A DNA stretch of 52,566 nucleotides, counting the filler, from Porpidia crustulata (lineage: Eukaryota), in assembly GCA_964255105.1 (NCBI GenBank). It is 4 parts of 4 records of this genome, joined end to end, with 100 filler letters (N's around TTAATTAATTAA, not from the genome) between each part and the next. Parts side by side here need not be neighbours in the genome. Positions count along the whole stretch, not along the records: positions 13,206 to 26,287 come from CAXUWE010000462.1; positions 26,388 to 39,427 come from CAXUWE010000463.1; positions 39,528 to 52,566 come from CAXUWE010000464.1; 1 more part is not named here. One strand, given 5' to 3'. The notes below the pieces were generated by a model. The model saw only the letters and a program-made list of their open reading frames with translations. It was not told the DNA's origin and did not search any database. Each line of letters starts with the position of its first letter. Within the stretch, counting starts at the first letter, position 1. Positions 25,101-43,036 of this stretch are shown here, piece after piece. Position numbers and translations under genes: made by a program.

Positions 25101-26287
25101 CACAAAAACCTCAAACTTCGCAAGACTCGAACCGAGAAGTCCCATTCCCACCTTGGCCTGATAAGCAGTATCGAGATGAAATGGCAAAGCCCAACCCGTC
25201 AATCGTACCTGCACCTGCAATGAAAAAGTCAATGCGAGCTGTCCCACCTGAGCCTGCCCAGGAGACGCACATGCGCTCATCAATGCGAAACAGTGCACCT
25301 CCTTTGAAATCGTCTATGCGGGCATCGCAGCCGTCGGCCTCTCCTGAGCCCAGGGGTGCGCTGCAGAAGAAACATCGTCCAATTTCCGCAGTAGCCATGG
25401 TTGACTACAATAAGCAACAGAACAAGTCAACGCCAAACCATGATCGTGCTGCGTCAATGGGTATTCAGCCATCTTCTCTCACGCCTGTGCTTGCTCAGCC
25501 GAAAAAGAAGAAGACGACAATGCGCCGTGTCGTTTCCAATGGAAGCGACTCGTCAAGCAGCTTCAAAAAAGCACGACCTTCGGCAACTTCTGACAGCAAC
25601 CACTATTCCATGAAGCGATCAATGCGGCCTGGATCCGTAGATTCTCGACCGCAGTCAGACCATTTCCGTTCTTTCAGCGCTCGCTCGCCATCGCCAAGTG
25701 GCCCTGCCAGGAGACCTTTTAGCTCCGTGGGGCCCAGCACAGCTGGCCCGAGCATGCGAACATCCATGCGAGGGTCGATGGACTCGGGAAAACAGAACCG
25801 CACAAAGTCACCGATCCGCTCCCTTGGGTTTGGCAAGGGTTCCAAACCGACGCCGGCAGCATCGAAACCCAAATCACGCTTCTCCAGCCGCTTCGGCGAC
25901 TCCAGTGATGAGGACGACGGACCCCGAATGATCCGCAGCCGTTTCGCCGATTCCAGCGACGAAGATGAACCCATTGGCCTTACACCTGTGCGCGGCATTC
26001 CCCGCCGCATTGATGAAGGCGACTCCACCGACCTTGACGATAGCTCCGCCGAGAATTCTCCCAGAACTCCGCGACCGAAATCCACAAACGCTGCTCCCCC
26101 TTCCAAACTTGAAGGCGCTGCCCTCGCTACCGGCTCCCTCCGCAGCGGCGCCCCTCCAGAACTACGCGCAGAAAACGAGAAGAAGAAACGTTCCTTCTTC
26201 GGCGGCCTCGGCAGCAAACGCCGCGACGACAGCAAAGTGCGCACGACAGACATCGACATCGCCACCCGCAGGGACCCACCCCTCGAC
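22121..26287 (+). CDS. Large intrinsically disordered Ser/Pro/Lys-rich hypothetical protein, 3'-truncated by the contig end; intron 22154-22222
   Basis: ORF of about 1.37k codons. Start MFHRKRAQSNP, GTAAGT...CTCAC...CAG intron, then LSNAAAAAALRS, poly-Lys patches, KSVRVSF and repeated MRxSMR motifs. Confidence 0.8.
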
Positions 26288-26387
26288 NNNNNNNNNNNNN
26301 NNNNNNNNNNNNNNNNNNNNNNNNNNNNNNNTTAATTAATTAANNNNNNNNNNNNNNNNNNNNNNNNNNNNNNNNNNNNNNNNNNNN
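26288..26387. other. Artificial contig spacer (N44-TTAATTAATTAA-N44)
   Basis: Same 100-nt construct as 13106-13205. Confidence 0.98.
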
Positions 26388-27673
26388 GACGCCGAACGCC
26401 GCCGCGGCCTGCAGGTGGCGGTCCGGGTTCGACGCCGCGGTGAAGCGGAAGACGGCGGGCGCGGTAACGGCTACGGAGACGCCGTGCGGGATCAGCGGCG
26501 TGGACGTCACGTAGCCCGGATGTGTGTAGGCGCCGGGGTTCTGGCCGCTGACGGGGTACGACATGCCGTGGCAGAGGTGGACGCCGGCGTTGCCGAAGCC
26601 GACGCCGGCGAGGGTGGCGGCGAGCAGCATTTCGGACTGGGCTTCGTGGTCATCCGGGTCGCGGACGGCGCGCGGCAGGTACTTGACTGTTTGGCGCAGG
26701 GCTTGCAGGCTGAAGATATCGGAGATGGGGTTGGCGCCTTGGTAGGCGGGGCGGTTGATAGGGTTGGTCGGGCGCGGGACGCGCTCGTGGTAGGGGATCG
26801 CGGTCCAGGATTCGAGGGAGTGGCAGAGGACGTCAAGGCCGGAGGAGGCGTGGACGGCCGAGGGCATGCTGCGGGTGTTCAGGGGGTCGCAGATGCCGAG
26901 GGTGGGTTTGAGCGCGCGGTGGGCGATACCGGTTTTGGCTTTTTGAGCGACAAGGTCGAAGATGGCTGTGCCGGTTGTTTCGGAGCCGGTGCCGGCCGTG
27001 GTGGGGACGGCGACGAGAGGCAGCAGGGCTTTTGTGATGGGGAGGCCGCGGCCAAGAGGGGCGTTGACGAAATCGAGAAAGTCGTTATCAGGGAAGCAGG
27101 TATAGAGATTCATAAGTTTGGCGGTGTCGATGACGCTGCCGCCTCCGACGGCGAGAAAGGCATTTGGTTGGTAATTCTTGGCAAAGGCAATCGCTTCCAT
27201 GATTCTGGAATTTGACCTCAGTACCTAGAGAGCGTGAGACGGGAAGTTTCCACCACTTACGAGCTATCCTTTGGTTCCACCCTCGTCTGATCATATATGG
27301 TAAACTCAATGCCTTCCGTTGTCAGTGCTTTAATAACCTGCCTCATGGCGTCCAACTTCGAAACATTGACGTCCGTCACCACGCACACTTTCTTGGCTCC
27401 CATGTTCTTAAAGTCCATACCCACCTCTTTCGTACATCCTGGGCCAAACCTTATGCTCGAGGCCGCCGTCTCGAACGCATATTCTTTCTTTCTGGACAAG
27501 TCCACAGGCGTGGCGAGTGATCGCTTCGCATGACTGAGAAGGGATGGTGTATGGCTCTGATGGCCTGGACTTGAATGGCAAGGGCAGCTCGGAGGATGTG
27601 AGTACTGGACGGTCCGAAGGAGATTGAGAGCTCGTTTGGCCGCGGTGGGAGGTACTCTGACGCCCAATGTCAT
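26388..27673 (-). CDS. ADHFE1: Hydroxyacid-oxoacid transhydrogenase (iron-containing alcohol dehydrogenase family), mitochondrial; 3'-truncated; intron 27205-27260
   Basis: Basic presequence with SCPCH, then EYAFETAASSIRFGPG, GGGSVIDTAK, VPTTAGTGSE, SGLDVLCHSLES, GNAGVHLCHGMSYP and IPHGVSV. Confidence 0.93.
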
Positions 27674-28137
27674 AATGAAACAAATGGAAGTTTGCACGGA
27701 AGTAGTAATTGGAAGGGAAAGACTGCTCAGGACATGAAATACAGTGCGCGACGGTGACTTGAGGCGACTGCAATAAATATCAGAGCTCGTAAACAGATTT
27801 GTGCGGGGAAAGCAGGTTGGTTTGTCACTCGGTAGCCCCAGAGCGTCATTGCGTCGGTCCTTATATCCGATAGAGTAGAGTAGTTATCTCCGCCTCAGAC
27901 GTCGCTAATTGCACAGGCCGCTCAAATAAGTATGCACGTATATTGATATTGACTGACCTGACCTCCATCGAATCTCCTAATGTCCTGATCAGGATATTTG
28001 TACATTGACTTTAGATCCCACCATTACGAATACATCAGTCTGACAACTTTTCCCCACAGATATTCTCCACCTTGATCGCCAGACATCCCAGTATTATAGA
28101 TGCCAGCATAGTCCACGCAAAATGGTGCCAGTTCAAT

Positions 28138-31100
28138 CTACTCCCGTCTATTTCCATTTCCGCCATTCTGTATGATATCCAGGATGATATCTTTTGCCTG
28201 CTCCACTCCATCCTGGGACCCCACAATCTCAATGGCTGCACCTTTAGTCTGATCTCGGGGCACCATGATCTTACAGCCTGTTTGCTTCCTGATTGAATTG
28301 ATCTGGGACCCGCCTTGGCCAACAACAAAGCGGTAGGTGCGTGGATCAGGGAGAACGAGGTAACCAATTGAAGAGTCCTGTTGCGTCTTTGCTTGCTCAA
28401 TGGCCTTTTCAAGCATAATCCGAGCCTTGGCTAGATTCTCGGATGAACCACGTAGAATCCATGGGATCTCGCCCTCTTCATGATTCGAACCGCTTTTATC
28501 GATGACCTCCCAAGAATGGTTGGCCATCGAGTCTGGGTTGTCAGTGATCAGCGGCAGAGCTGCACCACCATTGACCTGCGATCTTGGGGCCGCTGTAGAC
28601 TTTGGAGGTGGTTGCTGGCCTGCGTGATCTACAGTGACTCGGTGATCGTTACGCAGACGACGGAAGAATTGCCCGTTATCGGAGATGCTGTGATGTAAGC
28701 AGCGAGGCACCTGAAAGGTCTCACCCTCTTGGTCTTTGACTAGTACTAGGACATGGTCTCGTGCTTTTTCAACATCTTCAGGTTGGCCGGATATTTTGAT
28801 CTGAGTTCGCATCGGCCCTTCTTGTGTTAGCTTCGGCACGTCGATATTGACTTTGAATTGAGATTCCATAGATCTTCGCGTTTCGCCGCCACGACCGATA
28901 ATCAAACGGTGTTTCTCGGGTGCTACCTCAACAATCTCCGTGGTCTCTGTGTCCCGCTGGCTAACGAAAGATTCGATCGAGGAGACAATGCTCTCAACCA
29001 ATGCTTTGTTACCTTCCACGCGAATGGTAGTCTCCTTCGAGTCTTGACGTGGGAAGCGAACTGTGCGTGCAAGATCTCGTCGATCGTCAGAGCCTCCAGC
29101 ATTGATCACAATCTGACGAATCTGTGCGCCTTCAAAGTGTGTTAGCAGCCTGATTGTTGTGTTATAGTTGAGAATTCACTTACCTCCCGTGCCAATAAGC
29201 GCCTTGTGATGCTTTTTATCAACGTCTATGGATCTTGCAACACTATCATCAAACACCTTCGCCCTTTGCTCCAGGAGCTTCTTAGCCTCTTCAACCGACT
29301 TCTTGGTACCTTTGACCTGGACTTGTACCCGGCCGGAAGGGTCCGCACTTTCGCGATTTCCTGGAACATCGATTTGGGCTCCAGTAGCAAGCCTAATATT
29401 CTCCATCTCACGACCACCTTGACCAATCAACGACGGCAATTGGCTCTGCGCGACAGAGACGGTGGAGGTGTGAGAATTATCAATCGTCCATTGCAGGAGA
29501 TTCAGTAATTCGTCTCTCGCATCATCGACCCCTTTCTTTGGTCCTCGAATAATGACCTCATCTGAGGCCTGGTTAGCCCTGCTGCTTCGGCGACCTCCTG
29601 CATCGCTTGCGCCATCTGCTACAGATCTGTCGTCGCCAGCCGCTGTGGCAGTTCGGGGGAATTGCACACGAACATTGTATCTATCTTGCAGTCGGTTCAC
29701 TTGGCTCCCTTTAGCCCCTATCATGTCGCGATGATATTGAGGTTTGATCTTGAGCACGTGAGTGGCCTCATCCTCAAGTTTCTTTCCTAGCATTTGGATC
29801 TTGGATTTTGCGAGCGCAGCTTTAGCTTTCGGCCCTTTGATTTCGACCTTGCCGTCATTGACTTGGATATCGACGTCGAATTCTTCGCGGTACTTGTTGA
29901 TATTTTCGCCTCCTTTACCGATGAGGACATTTGCGAACTTTTGCGGGAAGTCAAAGCTAGTGATATGACCTCGCTCCTTTTCGTCCTGTTTTTCCGACTC
30001 AACAAATGCGACAATCTTTTCTGCAAGATTCTCAACTGCGACACTTGGCCCTCGCAGTAATACTTCTTGGTCTGATTCAGCGGTATCTTGCTTGACTCCG
30101 TTGCTCGACCCAAAGTTAACTCGCACTGGAATATCTGTGGATGGGAGCTGGCTTTGTTCAATACGGATAAACTTTCGAACCTTGTCGTGGAAACTGCATT
30201 TATCAGCCTAGACCTTCGAAGGATTGAAAGGATAAGTGGAGACTTACTTTAGCGGTACCTCAACGCTAGCAGCACCAATCTCCTGCTGCTCTTGGATTAA
30301 GCTTAAGATATGCTCTTGAGCTTGTTGTAGAGCCTTTTCGAATCCAGTAACCTCCAACGGCGAAGGCCGCTGTGAAGACGGTTGGTACTGTCCGGCCTTG
30401 GAGGGGCCTTCATACACTAGGACCACGTGTTGAGTGGTATCTGCTGGATCGGGGAGGAGAAGATGCACTCCAAAACCATCGCGGATATGTTGGGAGCCTT
30501 GCTGTTGGACGTGCTGATGAAAAAACGGATCCACTTCTACATGCCTAAATCTCGCTGGAGGGTGTGCGTTAATCAGATTCATGATATCGGAACGGGCTCG
30601 GATCGTGTTCTTCCCATCCTTTGAGTAAATTTCCCAATTCATCGGGCTGTCTTCATTGCTCGGCAAGACAATGCGGGCATCATGTTGTCTTTCAAGCTGC
30701 TTGATGGCTTCGCGGTCATCGAGGTATCGTGTCAATGCACGGGCATGAGCTTGGCCACCCATGGGTGCGTTCGCGTGTTGACGTGCGACATCCACGCTCG
30801 ACATCTGCATGCTACTAGCAAGGTTCATGACCTTCTCGATTCCAGATTCGATCTTGTCATGAGGCCCAGTAATCGTCAACATTTCTGTGTCATCTGAAGC
30901 TGGTGGTAGAATAACAGTACAGCCAGTCTCCTGAAGTAGCTCATGCAATGATTTACCGTTATCCCCGAGGATGAATTGGTGCCTTCCTCGATCGATAGCT
31001 AGCTGTGACAAGGATATCTGGCGACGAAGCTGCTCTACCCGCCGTTCGATTGAAGCTCGAACGTCCTGAACCGCGAGTCTATCTCCGGATATCCTAATAT

Positions 31101-32382
31101 GTTCCGTTGGGTGAGGGATGAAGAGAGGGGCCAAACCCAAGGCCGGCGCCTGAGGAGGTGGCTGTGATGACCATGTGTGATACTGGGGTACCTGTACCTG
31201 AATATTCCTTCCGTTTGCAAGCGCATTGATACTTGCATTGTGAGGCCCAGCAATGAAGGGGAAGAACTCAGCCGGGATATCCCGTAGTCGCATATTCACG
31301 GTCGAGGTACGCTCGTTGACAATGGCCTCAATCTCACGTCTGGCCATTTCTGCAGCGACTGCATCACCCTCAATGGATACATCAATGGTTTTGCTATCGT
31401 CATCATCGACCTCAGGAGCAGACGATTCTTCAGCCTTCGGGACCTGTACCCGAGCGCCTGTTCTCTTTTGTATGGCTTGTACCACGGTCCCCTGGCGACC
31501 GATGATGTGCGGTCGTACGCTCAATGGTATTGGGATCTTGACGGTTTGCTATGTTTTACTTAGTCATCGCATCGAATGCTTAGTGGAAAAACTGACCTTT
31601 GATCCAATTTCTTTCGCAACATCTTTCAATGCTTGCCGCACTGCATCCACAGGACCAACTCCTTCGAATATTTTTGCACCGTTTGGCCCAGCCTTCATCT
31701 CCACGGTCGCTTTCGATCTCTTATTGATACCGCGGATAACGTCCGGTAAGGGTTTCTTTAATTGCTCCCTCGGCAATAATTGGGATGACGCAAACTGAAT
31801 CCTTTCACTATGTCTACCAGGCATAGGCATATGTTGAGGCATAGATAATCCACGAGGCTGCGGCGCGGCGGATAAAGGGGTCGTGTTACCAGACGGTAGG
31901 GCCGACGCTCGTGAAGATGTTGTACTAGACAATGGAGCATTACCATTGACACCATTGGGGACTGTGTGCCCGGCTTGGGCTGGCTTCTTTGCGCCCCAAG
32001 CCCTGAGTACAGGTGTTTGGGTTTGTGGTTTCGGTCCACCGCCTAATGCAGGGAAAGCCTCTTCAGATCTGGTATCGAGTGTAGTCTGTGCATCAACCTT
32101 CTTCGATCCAGTCAGACCATTGGTCTCAGCCATTGCCTTCTGCTTGCCAAGAGCTTTCTCAGACATGCCCTCGTCGGCAGGCGCAAGAACGGGGGCAGGA
32201 ACTCCTTCGATGACTGCATGCATTGAAGGTGGGGGATGAAGAATGTCTTCTTCGTCAACGGCGTCTTCTATAGTCGAACGATGGGCTTCTTCGGCCGCAT
32301 GTTTTTCCTGCAATCTCTGGGCTGGAGAAAGGTGGTCCGAAGCTGCCGAAATGCTACCGTTGATTGGAGCCTCAATCGCCAT
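28138..32382 (-). CDS. SCP160: Vigilin/Scp160 multi-KH-domain RNA-binding protein (4 exons)
   Basis: Four consecutive minus-strand ORFs separated by short introns, with repeated KH GxxG loops: HIIGRQG, FIAGPHN, VLIGKGG, MIGAKGS, LIGQGG, ALIGTGG, LIIGRGG and FVVGQGG. N-terminal SEEAFPALGG. Confidence 0.93.
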
Positions 32383-33781
32383 AGTGATGTAGACTAGCCG
32401 GCTTGCAGAGAAACGTCGAATAGAGTCAGTTGAAGGAACGGGATAGGAATAAATCTACCTGAAATATCACTGCATAATGTGGGGAAAGGTCGAGAGGAGC
32501 TCCTCGGTAAACCTGTCCAAACGTAAGAGCACTCGGAAATCAAATGTTCAAGTATTAAGGACCACAAAAGATACTGGAATTGGTCTGGAAGTGGAGATTA
32601 CTGTGAGAAAACTCTGGCGAGGAACAAGGAATGAATCAAGCGCGAGGGTGTCGAGATATATATGAGCTTTAAGATCTTTTGGATGAGCATTTTCCGGAGC
32701 CGAAAAGTACCTCGACTGCTACCATGGCGCCCAACGCTCGCTTCGTGAATTAGCGGGACCTTCCCGGCAACTAAGCCTGATCTGTGAGCAGCCCTATTGG
32801 AGGATATGGGCCAAGGTCATCATTCTTTCGATTTCTTGCATTTCATTGATCACATTATCGTCGCAATAGGTACGGTTGCGTTCTCATGTTACCATGGTCG
32901 GAAACCACGCATTACCGCTCAAAAGTACGTGATGGTGGAATATGATCCATTTTGGAAATGGAGACTAGAAGCAACAGAGCAAAGTCCCAACTCCCAGTGC
33001 TAGACAGACCACACTGAGATAATCCGCCCACCCTCCAAACATCTTCAGGATGGCTATCAGTGTATTTACTGCTTCGTAGGATATATAGATTGACTCAAGA
33101 CATTGTATCCTACGTCATCGCAAAGTGTCAAATTGCTAGATCGAATTGCCCATGAAAGTGTTTGTGATCATCAGGTGTCGTTAGGCAGAATGAACGAAAA
33201 ATCCGATACATTCAGATTAACATTAGGATCACGAGAGCAGGATGGCCACCACGTTCCTTCTCATATAATGCCTGACATAGATTCAAGTCTGTTGGAATTC
33301 ATCAAGTGACCCTTTTCCCCCTTGAGCCGAGAAATTCGCCATTTGGGCGAGAAGTGACGAGTCAGATCTCCTCTCTCCTGCGATCGGAATAGTCCTCATA
33401 TACCTCAAGATGGCTGTCTATAAATGCAAAGCCGACCGGAAGGAACTTGAGGTTTAGAAGAGCCGTCTGTAATGCAGTAGATGGGGCGATCCACATCCCT
33501 GCCCGATAGCTCCAGCAACGCTTAGAGGTCCCGCCGTTCAAAGATCATCCTCCAGAACACCCCTCCAGGCGTTGGCAGTCGCTTTTCTTTGGCACCAAAA
33601 TAGAAACCCACGAGGTTCTTCCATCTTCAAGCTTCGATCCAAGAAGTATCTCACGAAGCGGCAGTCTGGGCAAGTGCGGCCGAAAGTGCAACTTTGCGAG
33701 TGCGAGCGCAAGCCAGCCTCGCTACATTCCCATTGGCTTGATCCAGTATACAATCTTCCGCGCGCGCTAATTTCGACCAAG

Positions 33782-36597
<2,816 letters not shown>

Positions 36598-37442
36598 CCT
36601 GACCATCCGTGCCTTGCCTTTATTCCGCCATCGCGACATACAGCAACCTTCTCCTACTACTGTCTTACTCAACAGAAATTTAGCGTTACAAATATAGGGA
36701 TTTCGCTGTGATTGTCAGGGCATGTTTTTCACATGTCATGGAGATTAAGCGCCAGAGCTTTCTAGGATACAACAGAGCTGTATATTGTTGTATCGCATAG
36801 CTTCTCCAACCACCTCGACGTTTGCTGCACGAGCTTGACCCTGACAACAAGTGACTGACGGCCGACGCCTATGGTCTTGGTTCATTGGGGCCAGTGACCC
36901 CACTTGAACAGGGCTTACGATAGACTCGAGCTTCTACAACTCTTTGCTACTTTCATTCGTCGAGTGCGACCCTGTAATTTCTTCATGTGGAGGAGTTGAT
37001 GGAGATACAAGGTAAACGATTGAGGTCCTCAATTTTCGAGATCATGGATCATGAAAGCTTACACAGGCAGACCTGTTGTTTGCTACGGTGCAGTCTTAGA
37101 TAGGACTTGTTCCACAAAAGAATTCAATTCCCAAAATTGCGTGAAAATCAATTGATTACCTTCCAGTCTCATTAAGGGACTTCTGCTGGTTAATGTGTCA
37201 ATGTACTCCAAGTCTTCCACGGAAAGAGACTGTGGCTCAAGCGGTTAAGTGGCTGTGCTAGAGGTTCACATGGGATGACGCAAGCTCAGCCTTGCTGTGG
37301 ATAAGGTGCACGCGGCTCTGAGCTTCATATTCGAGAGTCCCTGACATTTCTCCATCATTATCATTGCCGCGACAGAGGTCAACACCGCATAATCCTTCCA
37401 GACTTCGAGCAAATCAAACGACCCTTCGACCTTGCAGCGATT

Positions 37443-39427
<1,985 letters not shown>

Positions 39428-39527
39428 NNNNNNNNNNNNNNNNNNNNNNNNNNNNNNNNNNNNNNNNNNNNTTAATTAATTAANNNNNNNNNNNNNNNNN
39501 NNNNNNNNNNNNNNNNNNNNNNNNNNN
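39428..39527. other. Artificial contig spacer (N44-TTAATTAATTAA-N44)
   Basis: Same 100-nt construct as the other two spacers. Confidence 0.98.
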
Positions 39528-42410
39528 GGGTTGGGATCGGTGAGGGGATAGGTGGTGGTGGCGGTGTTGTAGATTTCGTTGGGCGGGGGCATGATGCTGA
39601 TATTTTGGTCTTCGAGGTTGACGTGGTTGGTCGGGATGCCGGCTAAGGGGTCGTTTGGTGCCATGTGAGTGCTGTTGATGGCTGGATATCCGGCGTTGGG
39701 GTTGGCGCTGGTGTGGGCAACACCCATCTCCGGGTGCTTCGCTCGGCGCTTTCTTGAAAATGCGGTTGCTTGCCTGCCGGAGCGGGGAGCCAATCTGACG
39801 AATTTGTTCCGGATGCTGGAGATTAGACCCTCGAGGAAATCGGCAATGCGCAGGCATAAGTGAACGTCGTCGACGACGCTGGTGCGCAAAGCTTTGACCG
39901 TGTGGTCGAGGAGTTGTAGCGATATTGCGACTTCATCTTCTTTGGCTCCGAGGGCAAAGGTCTGGTCAATGGGGTCAGTCATGGCGTGCTGATTCTACTC
40001 GGATAACTTTACCTTGAGGAGAAACATCGCGCCAGACAAGATCCTAAAATAGGTTCTTGTCGGAGCATGCTTTAGAGAATCGTCTGGAAGGAGCCCGTTC
40101 ACTAAATGTCGTAGAAGCGTCCTTGAAGCGTCGACGCATTCTTTGATGTAATACTCATTCTGTCGGTACAAAGTAGCGAGTGAGGAAGATTTCAGTGGCT
40201 TTGAAGGATGATTGGTCCCGGTGTTGCTGATCCACTGCTCAAGCACTGCTTGGAGCGCAAGAGAATTGGCGTAAACCCTTGTGTATTCATATTCCATTGA
40301 TAGTATCACTTTGTGTAGTCTTTCCACTGTGAATAATTAACCAATATTAAGAAATGTATCATGTTCACCACGATTCTCACCTTCCAGATTGTCGAAACCT
40401 TTCTTCCATAATTTAAGCATGGGCTGGTGCTGCTCTAGGGCGGATAAATACTCCCCACTTTTGATCAAATCTCGTGTCTTTTCTTTTGACGGAAACAGTT
40501 TGGAATTGGTAGACTTCATGATCATGGTAATCTCCGCCCAGCATTGTTGTATCGTCTCAATAGGGCTCTGAGGTGTTCGATGCTGATATTGAAGAAACTT
40601 CAAGTCTGCGCCTGAGTAATCACGCTCTTGAAGATGATCAGGGAACATGCTTGGAAACCCAAGTCTGCCGCTGGTCTGCGTTACATAGATGGAGAGTAGT
40701 CGCTTGACACGGCTTGCTCTGAGACCTTCTGGTGGCGAACCATTACTTACATTTGTGGTGGTTGAAGTGCCGTCAGCGAAATTGCCAAAAAGCCCAAGCT
40801 CGTACGCCAGAGCGTAAGCTGTGGATATCAAACTCCAGCACATTCGGTCAGAACGCAAGGCCGGCTCGGTCCATCCAGATATCGTGTTCTCTCCTGTAGA
40901 AGATAAGCCTCGTACATCACTGATATCTGTTGCACGGCCTTCTTCTAAAGGTACAAGAATCTCGTTATCATTATCTCCTGGTGGAAAATGCATAGAGCGG
41001 GGATGGAATTCGCTCAAAAGTAGGAGACTAAGAAGGTACTGTCAGTCCGAAAGAACCATCCGTAACAGATGCTCAAATGTGTCGACATACCTCTCGATAG
41101 TTCCCAGGGAGCGAAGGCCACCTCTGTCTGATGTTTTCTGACCGAGTTTATGCAACCCCCCGCCGCAAAATCCGCCACCAAACTGCTCTTGACCCCAAAA
41201 CATGCGTGTAATCATATTTTGTAGGTAAATCCAGAGCTTTTCGTGTATCATGAAAGATCGGGATTGCCCGCCAGGACCTGCGAGCCTCTTGTAGCGACTA
41301 GCAATCGTGAGTATGGTAACTGTAAGCATGGGCTCTTCGTTCAGAAGCGTCGAATGAGTGTCCAATGAGCGGAAATTTGGCGAGCTTATAGGGGTGAGAA
41401 GCGCGAGGTGTTTATAATAGCTAATAAATCTTAGCCGCGTTTGTTGAAGGGCTTAGAGGCAATGGTATGTACTAATCGATATAGGACATTGCTTCAGTTG
41501 CAGTGAGCCACCCAGCACGCACAAATCGTAATCGAGACCAAACGTTGATTGCCTCATGGTAGTCGGCAGTATTTGTATCTAAAGCAGGCAAATGACCAGT
41601 GATAATTGCTGGATCTATATTTCCGGGTTGACTTTGAATCACTCGAGCCAGGCCGTCATGCGCTCTCTGGTCACTGTAGGTAATTGGGGTTGCTCCAAAC
41701 TCATTGGCCAGTGAGTGTCTCTGATTATTCTGAAGTCGATTCTGGTGGCGGTTAATATCCTCACTTCGGCCAGACGCCTCTAGGAGCAGATGTAGGGCAT
41801 CACCAGGGCCGTTGATAGGAGACTGGAACAGCGCTGCAGCCGTCTCATTGGTGACCTCCCGATCTTGCGAAGTTTCCTTGCTGTCGTCCCCCATATCTCC
41901 AAAATATGGATTCGAGGCCGGAGGTGGTTCATGATTGTTCAGGTTGTACTCAGCTGTAGGCGATGTGATCAACTGAGATTCGGAGTACAATGGCCGGTGA
42001 GAATTTGGCAGGGACGCCTCACGACTTATCGGCGGAAGTTGGCTGATAGACAGCTTTCTTCTGCTATTATGCTCGGCATAGTCATCTTCACGGTCATCTT
42101 CTCTTTCCATCAAGCCATCCGCATCCCCCACCTTCCGCTTTCTTCTTGTGGCAGAGAAGTAGCAGTCTTTGCTCTCTCGTCTGCATCTCACACATGGTGG
42201 ATCGTGGGGATCATCGACAGGACCAAGATCGCAGCGCACCTTTCGGCGTCGACAAGGTATCTAGAGCACTATTGAGTCACAGATACGTCGCGGAGTAGAC
42301 ATTGCACATACGCATGCTTGATATGTGCGCTTGTGAATTTTTGTCAAATTTCTATCCGAGGTGTCTGAGCTCGCAGTATGGCTTGTAAGGTGAGTCGCAG
42401 TAGAAGCCAT
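39528..42410 (-). CDS. ARO80: Zn(II)2Cys6 transcription factor, Aro80-like; multi-exon, 3'-truncated
   Basis: Spliced cluster [43 protein letters not shown]. Aro80-family blocks [50 protein letters not shown] and VVDDVHL. Confidence 0.85.
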
Positions 42411-43036
42411 TAAGATGTCAAAGCATCGAGACTCGTTGAGGTTGGAGTCGGCTACTATCGGCAACATTGTCTCCAAGGCGCAACGCTTGCTCACAGACAA
42501 CTTAGCAATTCATACACATGAACAGTTCCTTTGGAAGGCTACTTCAGTACCCTATGGACCTTCTACTATATTCACAAAGAGATATTCGCAACACCGTGAG
42601 ACTTCGTGCGTTGGCATAGCTTATTTGAGCCGAAAAGCTCTGGTATAGAAGCTACTAATCTACGCGAATGCACTCTCCGCTCGTAGGGGGATTATATGAA
42701 TTAGAGGCATGCCATGACCTGCCAACGTGTACTTTCACATTTCTAGGCCATAGCATTGGTGCTCTGAACCGAGCTCCTGGCGCCCTTTGCTGGCCCGGAC
42801 GACACTGAACCATCGTAGGTAAAGGAAAGAGTATCAAGCTCGAGGCAAGAAGCAAGATCATCATGGTATAGGACAGGATTGGTATTGCAGACCCACACGT
42901 ACGCCATTTCCATTGATGAGTACCTAGCCAAGCGAAACCCATGCTGCATTGAAAACTCCAAGCCGCCCCTAAAACCCATGGTATACCCCGCATGGAAAAC
43001 AATCAGGTAACGTTGATTATGCGCCTCGATAGTGTA

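Noticed and set aside
26200..26450. Apparent convergent overlap of the disordered-protein gene with ADHFE1 (likewise HSE1 with ARO80 at 39428-39527)
   Set aside because: The ORFs simply run into the N spacer; the flanks are separate contigs.
26415..27215. 266-aa plus-strand ORF antisense to ADHFE1
   Set aside because: Shadow ORF produced by strongly C/G-ending codons on the coding strand; no recognisable motifs.
37228..37290. tRNA-like GTGGCTCAAGCGGTTAAG
   Set aside because: Resembles a D-arm/A-box, but I could not form an anticodon stem, T-loop or acceptor pairing.
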